This document shows positions 1 through 13,335 of a stretch of DNA of 64,000 nucleotides, in pieces; position 1 is the stretch's first letter, and each line of letters opens with the position of its first letter. The notes beneath the pieces were generated by a model that saw only the letters and a list, made by a program, of their open reading frames with translations, did not search any database and was not told the DNA's origin. The DNA is from Harriotta raleighana (taxonomy: Eukaryota), in NCBI GenBank assembly GCA_050575255.1, contig JBNZDD010013696.1, positions 2,212,716-2,276,715 on the forward strand. The letters are read 5' to 3'. A program made the translations under genes and the position numbers.

Positions 1-1104
1 ACATGGATTAATAGCCCATTCCTAGGGCGGGGAGAGTACTTACTTTGGCATTTATTATTATTTTGAAGCTATCTCCCTTTTATTCTTGTTTTTTTTGCGT
101 GTATATTTTGGATGAGCACAGTTGCTGCCAAACAGTAAATGACTCTAAAAATCAAAGTGTAATTAATGACTGTACACCTACAGTCATTACATTTGACAGT
201 AATCATTTTGAGACAATGACATTACCAGCACTGTATCAAAGGCCAGGGATTGTTGTTACAATTCATCTGAGAAATGCAAACACTTACTGTGGTGCACTAG
301 GTGGTGCTGTTCTGTGCTTGAGATCTGACGTTAGCTGACAAATGGAAAATCATATCATTCCACAGAATTGACAGCGTCGCTTTGTTGATCACGGAAAGAA
401 GTGAAGGAAATTGAGTGTGTCCTGTTTTATACAATTATTAACTGGGAATGTAGTGCTTGAACAACAGCTCTTTTCAATAGTTCGCCAATTTCACTGGCTG
501 ATAATGAACTGCATAAACTGTAACCGGACTGCAGCAAAGGTGATTTATTCCAATAATATTCTCCAGTGCACATCATGCTGCCTTGAAGCTCAGAGTTCCT
601 TTAGTACTCATTAAAACTGTTTGCACAGGCTTGCTACAAGCTGCCAGAGATATGTGACCAAAACGGACTATCCAGAATATGGTGTTATGACTGCTCATAT
701 TGAATACACTTCATCACTAATGCACTTGAGTGCTGGTTTCCTTTGGATACAGTGATTAGAAATTGTGCTACCCATTGATCAAACACAGTAAAATTATACA
801 GGGATGAGTCAACATTGAGTGCTTGGCCAGAATGTTATTGCATGCAAGAAACATGACTGCAGCTCCAAAAATAGGCTTAGAAGTCAAGAATAAAGAGTGC
901 TAGCTTCAAACTGAGAATTCACGAGATCATTATTCCAGTCAAACAAAGTGATACAAAACTACTGGAATGAGAAATTACAATTGGTTTTACAAAGGAACTA
1001 GACAGGTTCCTGACAAATAAAATAAGATTCATAGGTTATTAGATATTAGAGAGAGAGTGAAAGAATCCTGCACCAAGTAAAGACCTGAAACCCCAATGGC
1101 GTAT

Positions 1105-1612
1105 AGCCTACAAAAAACACAGTCACTACACTTTACAATAAATCCTATGAAGCACTATGAGGTGTCCTTCAGTGTGACAGGAACTACTATCAACATAATC
1201 CGTTCTTGCTCTTCCAAAACTGCACTACATCAACCTCCCCACTGATCCTTACCATATCAGCATAAATGTTCTCATAACTTTTTAACACTTGACTTGCTTG
1301 GCTGATAACAGAGTAGAACCAATGCCTTTACAATGTGAAATCGTTTTCACTCTTACTCTCTGCTTTCCATAGTCCATTTCTTGTTAGTGATTGTGAGGTT
1401 AAAGTGTGTTAAGATTGAGAAATATGGAAATTTGCAGCAAATAAATTACTCTTTCCTGATATCCTTTAATGCCCCGATGTTTATCTAATTCCCTTTTGAA
1501 TGATTAGCCCATAACATATAGTCAATTCACTAAACAGTATATTCTGAGAAATAGTTTGAGATGTTGCGAAGACCTGATATAGGGCACTATATCAAATGCA
1601 AGAATTTATTTT
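1105..1612 (+). mobile_element. Two degenerate SINE 3' tail fragments (~1105-1195 and ~1506-1612)
   Basis: cagtcaattcact...gtatattctg...cactatatcaaatgcaag matches the tail of the full SINE copies in this window. Confidence 0.7.
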
Positions 1613-3844
1613 ATTATTTATTTGATCGAGGCTGAATTGACACTTGTGGCAATGACTCCCAAGCTCTACCAACTGTCAAAGTGAAGAGAACTGATTGTCA
1701 CATCAAGCTGCTGGGCATTGATATTGCAATGATTTATGACACGTCAGAACAAAGCAAAGTATTTGCTTCATTGTTGAAAGGATTTCTAATTATTGATTGT
1801 GATAAAGTACATAACCCACATTGAGACAAGGTACCATTCACCTGTCAACACTAAAAAGAAATTAGAGCACGCAGGTTAGAATGTATCAGTAGAAAATAAA
1901 ACTGTAGCCGTATAAAGGTTAATTTCTGCAGTAACAAAACAATATTGAGTTAATGGCAATTCTGTCTTTAAGATAACTAATTAGTATGGGAGAGCAGTGA
2001 ATTAAATGTCAGTTTATTTAAGAGCGAATTTTTGTAAGAGGTGATGCACTTTGAAAATACTGAAATCCCAATGAATCACTCAATGTACTCTTAATGCTTC
2101 AGGCAAACCCACCAGCCTGGCACAGAGGTTAATGTATTCCCATGGTGTATGAACTATCTATTTTCCTTTTCCAAATTTGAAGTGAACATTCAATTTTACC
2201 TGACGATGTATTGTAATAATTGGGTTAAATTGACAGTCTTATTTGTCGTGGGATTGAATGTTATGAGATGATCAGTCAGGTACTAAAAGGCTTTTGTGTT
2301 TTCAAGGTAGCCAATTATCTAATTAGATAACAGAGAGTAGAGAGGTAAACTCGGTGCTGTGAGTGACAACAGTAACTATCATTGCCCTGATTCCTTCTAA
2401 AGCATAGAGGAAATATCTGCCTGTCTAGGCTGGATGATTTTGCAATTTTTCTGCAGTGCTGCTGAAATAAACAAAACAAATATTTGAATAATAATGCCAT
2501 GTCGATGTCGAGCAGTTTAATTACAGGAAATTTTAACGCTGCAAACCAAATGCATATGTTTAGACTTCAATGGGCCTTGGAGGGGCATCAAACTAGCTTC
2601 CAAATTGAGACTGAGTTTTAAGAATGCCTCAAACTTGCCACAATCATACATTCTAAAGCAATAGTTTTCAGGTTAAAAGCTGGTGGTATTGTGGACCTGT
2701 GAGCTGTGGCGCTCAGAGGTTTAATGTGGCACGTAAAGGTGCTTTTGTTGCCTTAATCCTAATGGGCACTGTGGTTTTTAAATCATGTTGAAGCTGCAAC
2801 GGAATGAATATGAAGCCATTCATTTACAATTTCAATTGGGAGTTCATCTTTATTCGAATTGTGTGGCTAAACCTTGTGCCAAATGTGACCGACAATGTAA
2901 ATTGGATGGTAGAGCATTTGTAAAATCCTTGGCAGGCTTTGTCGGATCGCTGCTTTGGGATGTCTATTTGTGTTGCCTTCTTGCCTGTATTAAAATATTA
3001 AAAAGATGACAGGGGAAGGGACTCGTGGCTGTGCATATATCAATGTTTTTGCCACATCAGTGCCTGCTTTAGTACTCCACATCATGGGGAATCGCTGGCA
3101 GATTTAACCCTGTGAAAGGCACCTACTTTATTTTATTGGAGGGGAAGGAACGAAAATGCTAATTCTGATAGCCCGAAATCAAAGACAATGTTACATGCTG
3201 AATACATAGAAGTCTTTCCTGATTGATCATCTCATGGGGTTCAGTCCCAAAGAGAAATAAGCCAAATGAGCGATTCCGTGACACAGAGGGGTTAACATTT
3301 TGGGTGCAGTCCCCTTCACTCAGAACTCTTGCCTCAAATTCTTGTACATTTCTGCTCAATTACCCTTTGTTACTGCGTGTGCAAGCTTGCAAAGAGTTTG
3401 TTGCTTTCTATCAAGCCGGTGAATTTTGAGGAGAAGAACTGGATAATTCATCACTGAGCTCACAAGTCCACTGTAACCTTAAGCTGTGTGCACGGGTAAT
3501 CCTGTTTACGTAATCATGTATGTCAGGCAGCTTCACACTGCCACCTGATTTGCCTACAAACCCGCCGGATTAATTGCGCTGCAAATGTTTAGCACAGAAA
3601 ATAAGTTGTAGCAAACACCTCTCCGACATTAATTATTTCTTTTGACTCTGTGTGTATGTGACTGGTGCATTATTCAAGCCCAGCTCCAGACTAGGACACA
3701 CGGGCAAGTCGCTTTGCTGTTGATAGCGATTGTTCCAGCACTGGCTTCATGGTGGTTGGTTCCCTAAGCCTGTGAACCTTAAAGCATAGCTGACATTTGT
3801 ACAAAACAAAAAGCTTATATAAAGGGTGTTTATTTCTGATGAGC

Positions 3845-4030
3845 TCCCTCGATAGCCTGGTGGCTAAAAACACAGCTAGTGGAGCACTAAGCCACAAGGC
3901 TGCAGATTTAAATCCTGATCTTGTTGATCTCATCTGAGAAGGCAGCAGGAATATTGAAATTGACCTCAACATCAAGTGCAGATTTATTTTGTCAAGATGA
4001 GATTTATTTTGTCAACTCCTATTGCTCAAC
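3845..4030 (+). mobile_element. Highly degenerate ancient SINE 5' portion (LF-SINE-like)
   Basis: gttgatctcatctgagaaggcagcagg...gaaattgacctcaac resembles the recalled LF-SINE head region; weak match. Confidence 0.35.
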
Positions 4031-4485
4031 ATTAAGGGGCCTGAGACCCAAGCTTATTCAGGAAGCATAGAGGGGGAGGCCGGAAGAATTTGTTTTCCGC
4101 TAGAGTTTATTGGGATTATATATATGCGCCGTCGAAAGTGGCTGCTGATGTTGAATTCAGCTGTGTTATTTGATAAAGGAATTGGACAATGATGACAAAT
4201 AAAGGTACTGTACTAGAAAAGCCTCAGTGCAGCACAGATAGAGAGGTTTGGCTGAATGGAATTTCCTGATGTCAAAAGGACGATATAAAATCAAAGGTTT
4301 ATTATTATTTTTATTATAGCTACAATCACTATCCCTTTACAATAGGATACTGTGAAGCATTGAATCATAGCACTGACCACTGCGTTTAGGTCAGTCACCT
4401 CTTTTAAACTGGGAGCTTTGAAACAATACAAAAGAAGAATTAGTTTCAGACACAAAGATTTAGTGACAGATCTGGGGAAATAATT

Positions 4486-4565
4486 AAAATCTGTAAATAT
4501 AAGAAAGGAAGGGAGGGAGGGAGGGAGGAAGGAAGGGAGGGAGGAAGGAAAATCTGTAAATATAA
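4486..4565. repeat. GGAA/GGGA microsatellite flanked by a 17-bp direct repeat
   Basis: aaaatctgtaaatataa at 4486-4502 and 4549-4565 encloses a pure purine tract. Confidence 0.9.
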
Positions 4566-4779
4566 AGCAAAAGCTCTACATCCAGGGAGAAGATCGGATT
4601 GTGACAGCAAATTTCATGAAGGTTGCTAAAAGAAGGCCTAGTTCCACAAAACTTGTGAATCTGCTTGTGTATTGAAGCCAGTGATATTGGGTGGAAAAAT
4701 CATGGGTAAAATCTCTGTAGAAATACTGCTTGTTGGTTTTCCCTCTAGAAAACATTGGCAGTGCAGTATATTCCTCCAC

Positions 4780-5480
4780 GGTGAATGATGGGGAAGGAAA
4801 ATGCTTTAGTAGTTTCTGAGAAAGGCAGGTTAGCAAAGAAATGGGTATTAAAAGATAAAGTGGAGGATTTCAATATTCATAAGACACCAGGACCAGATGG
4901 GTTTGATCCAACAATACTTAAGCAAACAAAAGTAGAAATGGGACAGGTTGTGAAGGGATTTTTTCACAGCTCACTGGGCACAGGGGTGGTATCAAAAGGT
5001 GAGAAAAAGAGTAAATCTTCTCCCGATCTTTAAATAAAAGGTCATAAATATGATTCTGTGAATTTCCAGATCTGACAGCTTGACATCTATAATTGGAAAA
5101 AAAAAATCTATCTCGAGTCTTTTTACCAGAAGAATAATTTAAAGTTCGAATAGGAAGGATAAAGGCAACAATTGGGCTTCCAAAATCAATTGGAATTCTT
5201 TCGAGGATTACAAGAACATTAGTCGCTGATAGTATTGTCATTGAAAGTCATTTATCTCAACTCTCAGAGGGCATTTGGTGCCAGCCACTCTGCAAGAGAT
5301 GTGTGATTCAATGAAAGTTATTGGTATAAAGAGGAAGATTTTTAAGATGAGCAATGAATTAGCTTAGCAGTAAACTAAGGTAGATGGGAATAAGTGGTAG
5401 CTATCAGCAGGCCTTTGAATCGTCTAAAAAGGTCAGTGCTATGATTCATTGACATTCACAGCATTCATCAGTAAGAGAAG
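4780..5480 (+). mobile_element. Degenerate CR1-type LINE ORF2 fragment
   Basis: ORF 4785-5033 contains KTPGPDGFDPTILKQ...FFHSSLGTGVV, a decayed form of CR1 RT KSPGPDGLHPRVLKE...IFQSSL.TG.VP. Confidence 0.8.
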
Positions 5481-5585
5481 GGATTTGATACAGGAAATAT
5501 CCATTTCGATATCTCAAACCCACTTTTCTAGTAAAACTCTAGCCCGGTGGAACGAAAAGGTAGTTGTACATGAGAGGAGAGATGG

Positions 5586-5621
5586 CGAGCAGGAAAACGA
5601 GCAGGAAAACGAGCAGGAAAA
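5586..5621. repeat. 12-bp tandem repeat (cgagcaggaaaa) x3
   Basis: Directly visible. Confidence 0.85.
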
Positions 5622-5750
5622 TTGGTGGAAAAACTAACTGCGGTTCTGTTGCACAGCTCATGGACAGAAATTGAACATTTTTAAGCTAAATCCAAAGCAG
5701 TCTAGAGAATCAAGGACCATCAATTCTCTTAAATATCCCCGAAGAACAAA

Positions 5751-6063
5751 TAATTATAATAATAATCCTTGCATTTGATATAGCACTTTCATGTTTTCTA
5801 GATGTCTTGAAGCGCTTCACAGAATATACTGTAAAGTGAATTGACAGTATATTTTTGGGCGAAATGCGGCAGCCAATTCCGCACAGCAGTGTCCCACAAA
5901 TAGTCGTGGATCGAAATGACCAATTTTATTACTGTGTCTTTTTTTGAGAGATTATTAGGTGTGTGGAGTAAGGAATCTTGCTCAAGGTTTTGCCCTGACC
6001 TGCCTGGGTTCGAAACACAGGTCTCACACTTGTAAGGCGAGTGATCTAACCACTGAGCTACAA
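5751..6063 (-). mobile_element. Full-length tRNA-derived SINE (dominant family)
   Basis: Minus strand: head tgtagctcagtggttaga (A box), ttcgaacc (B box), body, tail gtgaagcgcttcaagacatctaga...gtgctatatcaaatgcaaggattattatt. Confidence 0.92.
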
Positions 6064-6449
6064 GATTAAAATTTGTCGATAATGCTCATTTAATTTTATC
6101 AAAGCCTGATTTTACCTTAAAGGAGGTTTGTTGTCTTGGCGTGTTATTCTGAAGAATTTTAAAATGCTACTCGTCTAAAATATTCTCAGCATTTTCTTGG
6201 CATATATCAGTATGTTACCACCGGTGACAAATCCATATCATTAAGCACAATGCATATTTTATACTGCTATTGCAAACCACCAGATTAGAAGCTGTATCTA
6301 TCTACCACTCATACTGGTTCAGTCTTGGCATGATATCATATCTCCTGCAGATAAGAATCTAACAAACCTGACCCATGTGAAAGTGGAACGAGTAATCCAC
6401 AATGAATGCCCTTTAAACAAATGGCTGGAATTTAGACCTACACCTATGT

Positions 6450-6745
6450 CAATACAACAACAACAACAAAATTACATTTGTATAGTAGTGCCTTGTATGT
6501 CTGAAGGACGTAAGGATGTCCCAAGCAATAGAATCAATGAATAATATATAATATCCTTGCATATGATATAACACATTATCACATCTTCGAGACATCTCAA
6601 ATTGCCTCATAGAATATACTGTAGCACTTTTTTTGAAGAGATTATACTCCCAGAAAAACAATCTGCCAATCGACTAACAACCGTACTTACTGCTGGATAA
6701 ACAGAGGCGTGTGGAGTAAGGAAACCTGACCAACGTTTCTTAGTG
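6450..6745 (-). mobile_element. L2-type tail plus partial long-variant SINE
   Basis: Two tails, then ccaatcgactaacaaccgtacttactgctggataaacagaggcgtgtggagtaaggaaac, shared with 47730-47795. Confidence 0.7.
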
Positions 6746-8662
6746 TTGCACCTACTCTGCCCCTACTCTTAGTGTTGCAGATCATTTTATTTATACCTTG
6801 TATCAACTTCACCATTGATGCCATTACCATTGTGCATATCAGTACGTGAAAGTAACATTCATTTTGACAGCATGATGTGTTTGGAAACGCTACCATTTGC
6901 ATCCATTAATTCTGCTGTCACTGAGTTTAGGTCAGAACGATGAAGAAATGGAGAGTTAATAAAATAGCATTTCTGGCATCAGTGTCAAATAGAATCATAC
7001 GTTCCAACAGTGAATGACTCAATACCCACCTGTTATCAGGCAAAGTGATACAGAGCTGGAAGGGTATCACAGAATGTATGTTAGGCCTTGGTGGCTATAC
7101 CCAACAAGACTTACCTTCTGCATGAATTGAGGCACTTAGTGATGGCAACTACCTTTTAGCCTCTAAATTTGTGTGACGCTTTGTACTGTATCAATACTCG
7201 CCAGTCGATGGCTTTATACACAACTGGGTCCAGGTTCGAAAGAGAGCTACAGCAAGATTACGAGGGACAATTGAATGAAAAAAGGCCTTTTGGCGCATTT
7301 CAGCTCATCCTTTCAGAATATTCACCCACCCTGCCAGCTTTCCCATTGCGGCATTGAGCTGTTTCCGAGTATTTTAATTTTCCGCAGCTTTTGGTTTGGA
7401 TGATGCAGAACGCAATATCTTTTTTGTCCAACTGATTCAATTTTAAGATTTTTTTTTCATTTTCATAAAGCACTGGTTTCATGGCTCATGATTATTAATT
7501 TAAATTTGTCGATTTATGTTTTCGCCCAGATGAACTACAAGCAGCAACAATAATGTTATTAATTGAGACTCAACGAGGCAGAAGAAAGATGATGAGAGTT
7601 TAGAGAATAACAGGGACATGAGAGCAATGATGGACAAAATAATTTCTCCTTTGAGCACGTCTTCAAACTGATCGAAGGATACGAAAAAGACCCATTGAAT
7701 GTCTCATGTTTAGAGTATCTCTCCTGTTTTAATATAATTTGGAGAGGGATTTTGGAATTGGAACATAAACACACTTAAGTATCGATCAGAATATAATCTT
7801 AAACATTTATAATTTAGTAGTTCATACCTTTCACTTGGATGCACACATTGTTAAGTCTAAAAACTGGAAGATGCACAGCATTTTATTCTAACAAAGGCTC
7901 AACCCTTTCAAATGGAAAATTACAGCTCTTGTTAATGTGTGTATTGTTTCCTTGATCCTTTAAAAAGGATGTCAAAGTCACGCTAGACATTTTTATCCTC
8001 TTTCTTTGGAACGCAAAATAAAATGGGGCAAAGAAATCCCTGTGTTTTATTATTTTCACCTGCAACTACCGATCCAAATGATTAACACATGAACACTTTG
8101 TGCAATGAAGCCTCTAGCACATTAGATCAAGTTGAAATCACTGGTTGTGCTAAAATGATATTCTGGTACCCATCTGCCATCCTATTTATGTAATGAAAGT
8201 GTTGAGAAATGTCAGGACATTCGATGAATTGAAAAGGCTTTGTGACCAGTATTATTCTTAAGTTCAATTCTCCTGGTTTCCCTACTGATGTAAAGACCGC
8301 CTGACATATGCTTTGACATATTCAGTTCAATCACTGCTTTGGCTACATATTTGCTGACCCTTGAAAGACTTGTTATCACATATGCCACAAAGCTCTATCA
8401 TTAGACAATAGCAATGAATGATTTCTCAGTGCTGTTTTGCCCATTTGATTTCTTGTGAGCAGGCAATTTTTTATTTGCTTTGGACACAATGATTGGATTT
8501 ACATGATCATTCTGATTTGGGCTGGTGTGAAATTGGGTTTTAGAGCTGGGTGGAAATTTGTGGCGGTGCTTGTAGGTATTGCAAATGCTCTCAGGAAAGA
8601 GACAACATGGGCAAGGTGCTTTACAGTAAATGGTAACTCACAGAGAGCCAGCTGTAGCTCAA

Positions 8663-8825
8663 CAATCACAGAATTACACTTGTATAGCGCCTTTCACGTC
8701 AGAAGGACGTGCTCAGTGGTTAGAGCACTCGCTTTACAAGCGAGGGACCTGGGTTCAATTCCAGGCATGGCGAAACCTTGGTCAAGTCACTCCACATGCC
8801 TAATAATGATCCCTCAAATAAAAAA
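8663..8825. mobile_element. Minus-strand L2 tail (8663-8710) fused to plus-strand SINE head (8711-8825)
   Basis: ttacacttgtatagcgcctttcacgtcagaaggacgt directly followed by gctcagtggttagagcactcgctttacaagcgagggacctgggttcaattcc. Confidence 0.85.
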
Positions 8826-9609
8826 CAGGAAACTATAATGAAGATGGTTGTATCACAGGTGGAATCAGTGAAACATTTGATACTTGTCAAGACTTCAAAA
8901 CCATGCAGGTTTATGACTTGCTGAGTTATGTTGTGGTCAGCAACCCATCACAGTCCAGCGTAACAGTGCTCTGTGTGACTTGTGTGTTCTTCCACTTCTG
9001 AAAGTGAGGGGAGGGAAAGGAAAAAATCAACAGTGCCTGCATCAGACAGGAAAATAAAAGAGAACACCAGTCAATAAAACTGTTTCTCTGTAGCCTTTTA
9101 TTTACTTCAATTCGTTTAGTTTTTTTTATTGAATTGGCACAGGAAATCCTCCTTCTCTCCACGTCCTGGTAGCGACACACAGACTGAGCTTTATAAAGAC
9201 TCAATCTGACAACTGGAGGAGTGCTTCACAAGACTCCAAGGAAATAATGGAGCACCAACATGCATTGTAGTTTCCTCTGAAATACAATGACTGAAAAACA
9301 AATAAAGACAGTGTGATATTTGTGTGCTGAATTGGCATAAGGTACAATAGGTTAAAGTGGAATATCTATTGTGAAGAAATGTTTCATAGCTTATTGGTTA
9401 TCCAGGCATGCCATAGCCCACTGTTAGATACTCTCAGTCTTTCTATAAAATACAGCATTGTACTTTCCCTTGATAGACAACAACTGTTAATTCTTCATGC
9501 AGCATGTGTACTTCTTCTATCTGTGAACTGGTATATTTTCCTATAACTTACAGGCATTCCCAGATATAATAATAGTAATAATAATACTAATAATAACAGC
9601 TATGCGGAA

Positions 9610-9920
9610 AACATAGAAACAGGAGAAGAGCATTCACCCCCTTGAGTCTGTTCCACATTCTATAATCTCATGGCTGATCTGTACCTCAAGTCCTGTTATC
9701 TGTATGGCTTAATACCCTGACCCAACAAATATCTATCCGGCTCAGTCTTGAAGATGTGGGTGGATCCAGCAACCATCCAGTCTTCCTTTTGTGGAGAAAG
9801 TTCCAGATTTCCACTACCCTCTGTCTTCTAATTTCACTGTTAAATGGCCTAGCTCTAATTTTAAGAATATGCCCCCCTGTTCTGGATTCCCCTACCAGAG
9901 AAAATAGTTTCTCTTATAGA
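9610..9920 (-). mobile_element. CR1-type LINE 3' end
   Basis: Reverse complement of the tail ...ttgaggtacagatcagccatga...ggggtgaatgc...cctgtttctatgt, also seen on + at 41600-41690. Confidence 0.8.
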
Positions 9921-10324
9921 ATCATTTTATTATTTCAACATTTCTAAGCAGAATGGAAGCCAGATACCATTTTTTCTCAACAGAATACAGAATCATAACA
10001 TTACAATATAGGCAAGGACAATTAACAGTGCACCATAGACTGCAAGTCAAACTTGATAAAGTGGAACATAATGTGTTTAACATAGTAAACATTAAACAGA
10101 TGTCATAATCCTTCCTTTTTGTACAGGGTCTATAATGTCAGAATGTCTCAGTGCTCCACAGTTAATTGCTGTCAAGTACAGTGATGGTTCATTTATTGGT
10201 ACACAACAGCACAGTAAGATCCCACAAGTAAATTTGTCTGGAGGGACACAAAGGAGGTGGGGGAAAATCCCTTCTCTTTTTGAATGCTACAGGTCGTGTT
10301 ATGTCTTTTTTGTTTGTTTTACAG

Positions 10325-10504
10325 TTAATGACACAGATGAAATTGGGCCTCTGAAAGCAATAAATATTACAAACTCTACTATAACAAAACTGACAGTGTC
10401 AGATCTGGACACTAGCAGCAAATACAAGTTCTATTTGAGAGCTTGCACCAAGGCAGGACCTGGGAAACTTATCACAGAGGAAGGGATAACTGTGATGGAA
10501 GGAG
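10325..10504 (+). CDS. CHL1: CHL1 exon, second half of fibronectin type III domain 4
   Basis: Acceptor ttttacag|, donor GGAG|gtaagg, 180 nt, phase 1-1. Encodes NDTDEIGPLKAINITNSTITKLTVSDLDTSSKYKFYLRACTKAGPGKLITEEGITVMEG, matching the recalled CHL1 segment INDTYEIGELNDINIT...KYKFYLRACTSQGCGKPITEE. Confidence 0.95.
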
Positions 10505-12896
10505 GTAAGGCAATCATATTTGTTACATGGAATCTACATTAACTGGATATTACTGTATATTGCATGTGTTGTAATTCATAGCATCATAGGATCAATAGAT
10601 AATTCTGGGATATGTTATCTGAAATGCCAAATCTTCCTGAACAATTCACAATAACGAAAGTGCAGACAAAACGGTAATTTACTTCATTTCTGTTCCGTCC
10701 AACTGTTCTGCAAGTGCTTCACTCCTTTTGAAAATAAGTGTTGAATGAAATACAAAGAGAGAAGAGCGGTAAGCTTTACGTTATATAAATGGCATAGCAA
10801 GTGTACCGTTTCTCTGTTTACATTTCAAATTGTAAGCCACCCTTTTTGAGGATTCATTGTATTTAATATTTTTTCAAATTCCTCGAGGTCTAATTTGCCT
10901 GGATTGGCGAAATGATTTGCACATAGGAAATCCTAATGGCTCACGTATTAATTTTGCTGCGTTTGTAACCGAGATCAGTGTCTCAACGCATCCCAGAGAA
11001 TGGCCCAATGTCTGCCCGCAACAACATACAACCAGGAAGTTGCTATTTGAGCATCCTTTCGTGAATCCCACAGTTTACACTTGCTATTACAACCCTTGTG
11101 GAGAATGGTTGATTCTATCTGGGCTCAAAGCCTACATGACAGTCTCTGATCTTTGAACAGCAATAGTGAAACGCAATCAGGTTTGGTTACCTTTCAAGAA
11201 GCTGCTTTAGGATGAAGTGCCTGTGTAGGAGAACAAAATATTATTGAATTTGTATTAAATGGCAATGCTGTTCTTACACATGGTAGGGGAGAAATGGCTT
11301 GGTGGGCAGTACGAGATAATTAAATGTCACATTCAAGCAGTGTAAATTGCTCCGTGGTTGTAATTTTAACTCGCATTCTGCGGTACATTGAATGCCTTTT
11401 AAATTAGTTTTGTACTAAGCCATCATTAAATTACAACAGATGCTTTAAAGAGACTATTATGATGAAAAATGGGTGTCTCCTGTACCTTCAGCAGACAATC
11501 GAATGTAACATGCAGGAAAGAAAAAGGTTTTTTATCTGTGTTTCCTTCAGAAATCCTACTTTGTTTCAACATTTTTTCATAAAATAAGATGTTCTCTTTT
11601 ATAGAATAGGCGAAGTGTACCTTTATATAAATAAGACTATGATTTGAATGTAACAATTACAATAATATTATTCTACCTATGGTTGGGATTCATTAAGAGA
11701 ATACAACAGAGCAAGGCTGGCCATAAAATGATTAAAATAAAGGACAGTATGCAAGTAGACTTGAAAAGAATATTCTTAATTGATTAATGAATAGAGAATT
11801 TCTGCCTTCCCATTTTGGTCTGATTATTCCCCGTTGTCACCTTCATTGTCACTTACTTTGCATCTCTGCTAAATTGTCCAAACCCAACATTCAAATCTTA
11901 ATGTTTGAATTCTGATTGCTTTGTGCCATCCAGCCAATTTGAAGCAGCTTATGTGAACTGAGCTCATTTCAGCCACTTCACTGGAGGTTTGGGTGTCTTT
12001 GAAGTGTCTTGTTTAGTAAAATTAGGAAAAAATGAAAAGATGTGCCAGGTTTATAGCTAGAGTTCTTTTTTTATCAAATGATGCTCGTCCAATCGCTATT
12101 TATTCAAGAACAAATACAGCACCGTGCCTTCAAATGCAGGAAATAGACGCACATCATATCATAAAAGGTGATCTAAGATGTCATTTTCATGCGATTGCTG
12201 CTGTCCTTGTTAATAAGAGTTGGCTGCAGTGTTTTTGTGTTGAAAGCTTTCAACCAACGACTATGATTTCTTGGTTCATTTAAAAGTGAACATAAAACAT
12301 TTGCTACATTTTTATCATCTGTGCTACAGTCCCATAAATTCCCGTGACGATTTTATTCCTACCTTCAGCGCCAAAGAAATAGTGTCAGACAATTTTTGGA
12401 ATAAATGGCACCGAATCTTCTTGTGGAGAATTTTTAAGATTAAGCTCTCGTTCTGTACAAATAAATGTCAGACTCAAGACAAATCCATTATTTAAAATGC
12501 TAAATCATTTCAACGTAATAAATAGAAATTATGCAAGTGGGTGTGCTTGCCTCTGCGCTAAATTCTGTAAAGTTTCAGTTTCAGGGCCCCAAGTGTTTTT
12601 TGGTTAATAGAGCTGAACTTGCTGACCTTGGAGCATCTAATGCCTTTCGTCCAAATTAACCAAATGTCAACAATCTCCAAGGCAAGCGAAACAAATGCAG
12701 GGGATTGATTATTTAACAATTATTTCAAAGGATGACCTTCTAAGTAGCCTGTGAACTGTGGAGCAGGTTTATATTATTCAGTGCTAAAACCCACACAGCA
12801 GCACTGCAAACACATTAAAACAGCCAACTCCCACCTACGCCTTGTTGTCGGTCTGTAATCATGATCACTTCACCTGACAAGTGTTGCCGCCCAAGT

Positions 12897-13313
12897 TATA
12901 ATAATAATAATAATAATTCTTGAATTTGAGATTGCGCTTTTCACGTCTTCTAGACGTCTCAAAGTGCTTCACTGAATGTACTGTAAAGTGCATTGACTGC
13001 ACATTTGTGAGCGAAACATGGCAGTCAATTGCGCACAGCAGTGTCCCACAAACAGTGATGGATTAGAAAAACCTATTTTAAGTACTGTAATTATTACTCC
13101 CATTACAGCGATCCGTCAATCGTCTAACAACCGGGTTTCTACTTACTGTCGTGGATTGAAATGACCAATTTTATTAGTGTGTTTTTTTTGGAGGGATTAT
13201 TATTAGACGTGTGGAGTAAGGAAACTTGCCCAAGGTTTCGTCCTGACCTGCCTGGATTCGTACACAGGTCTCACACTTGTAAGGCGAGTGCTCTAACCAC
13301 TGAGCTACAGGAC
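12897..13313 (-). mobile_element. Full-length SINE with ~80-bp internal segment from the long variant
   Basis: Head GTCCTGTAGCTCAGTGGTTAGAGCACTCGCCTTACAAG on minus and (TAT)n tail. Extra segment at ~13065-13146. Confidence 0.92.
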
Positions 13314-13335
13314 TCTGCATAGAACTTGGTGTCAA

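Noticed and set aside
5990-6063. tRNA genes at SINE heads (also 13245-13313, 29487-29550, 42455-42523, 46595-46663, 58155-58222)
   Set aside because: Each continues into the SINE body and tail and lacks a proper acceptor stem.
7263-7445. Possible degenerate palindromic MITE (similar CpG-richer patches at 10870-11080, 14140-14760, 20430-20680, 54330-54510, 59030-59250)
   Set aside because: Inverted similarity was too weak to define termini by eye.
1-10324. Upstream CHL1 exons (first half of FN3-4 and earlier)
   Set aside because: Scanned for a phase-compatible exon with the expected LSW...NG...GY..QYQ pattern and found none; it probably lies upstream of the window.
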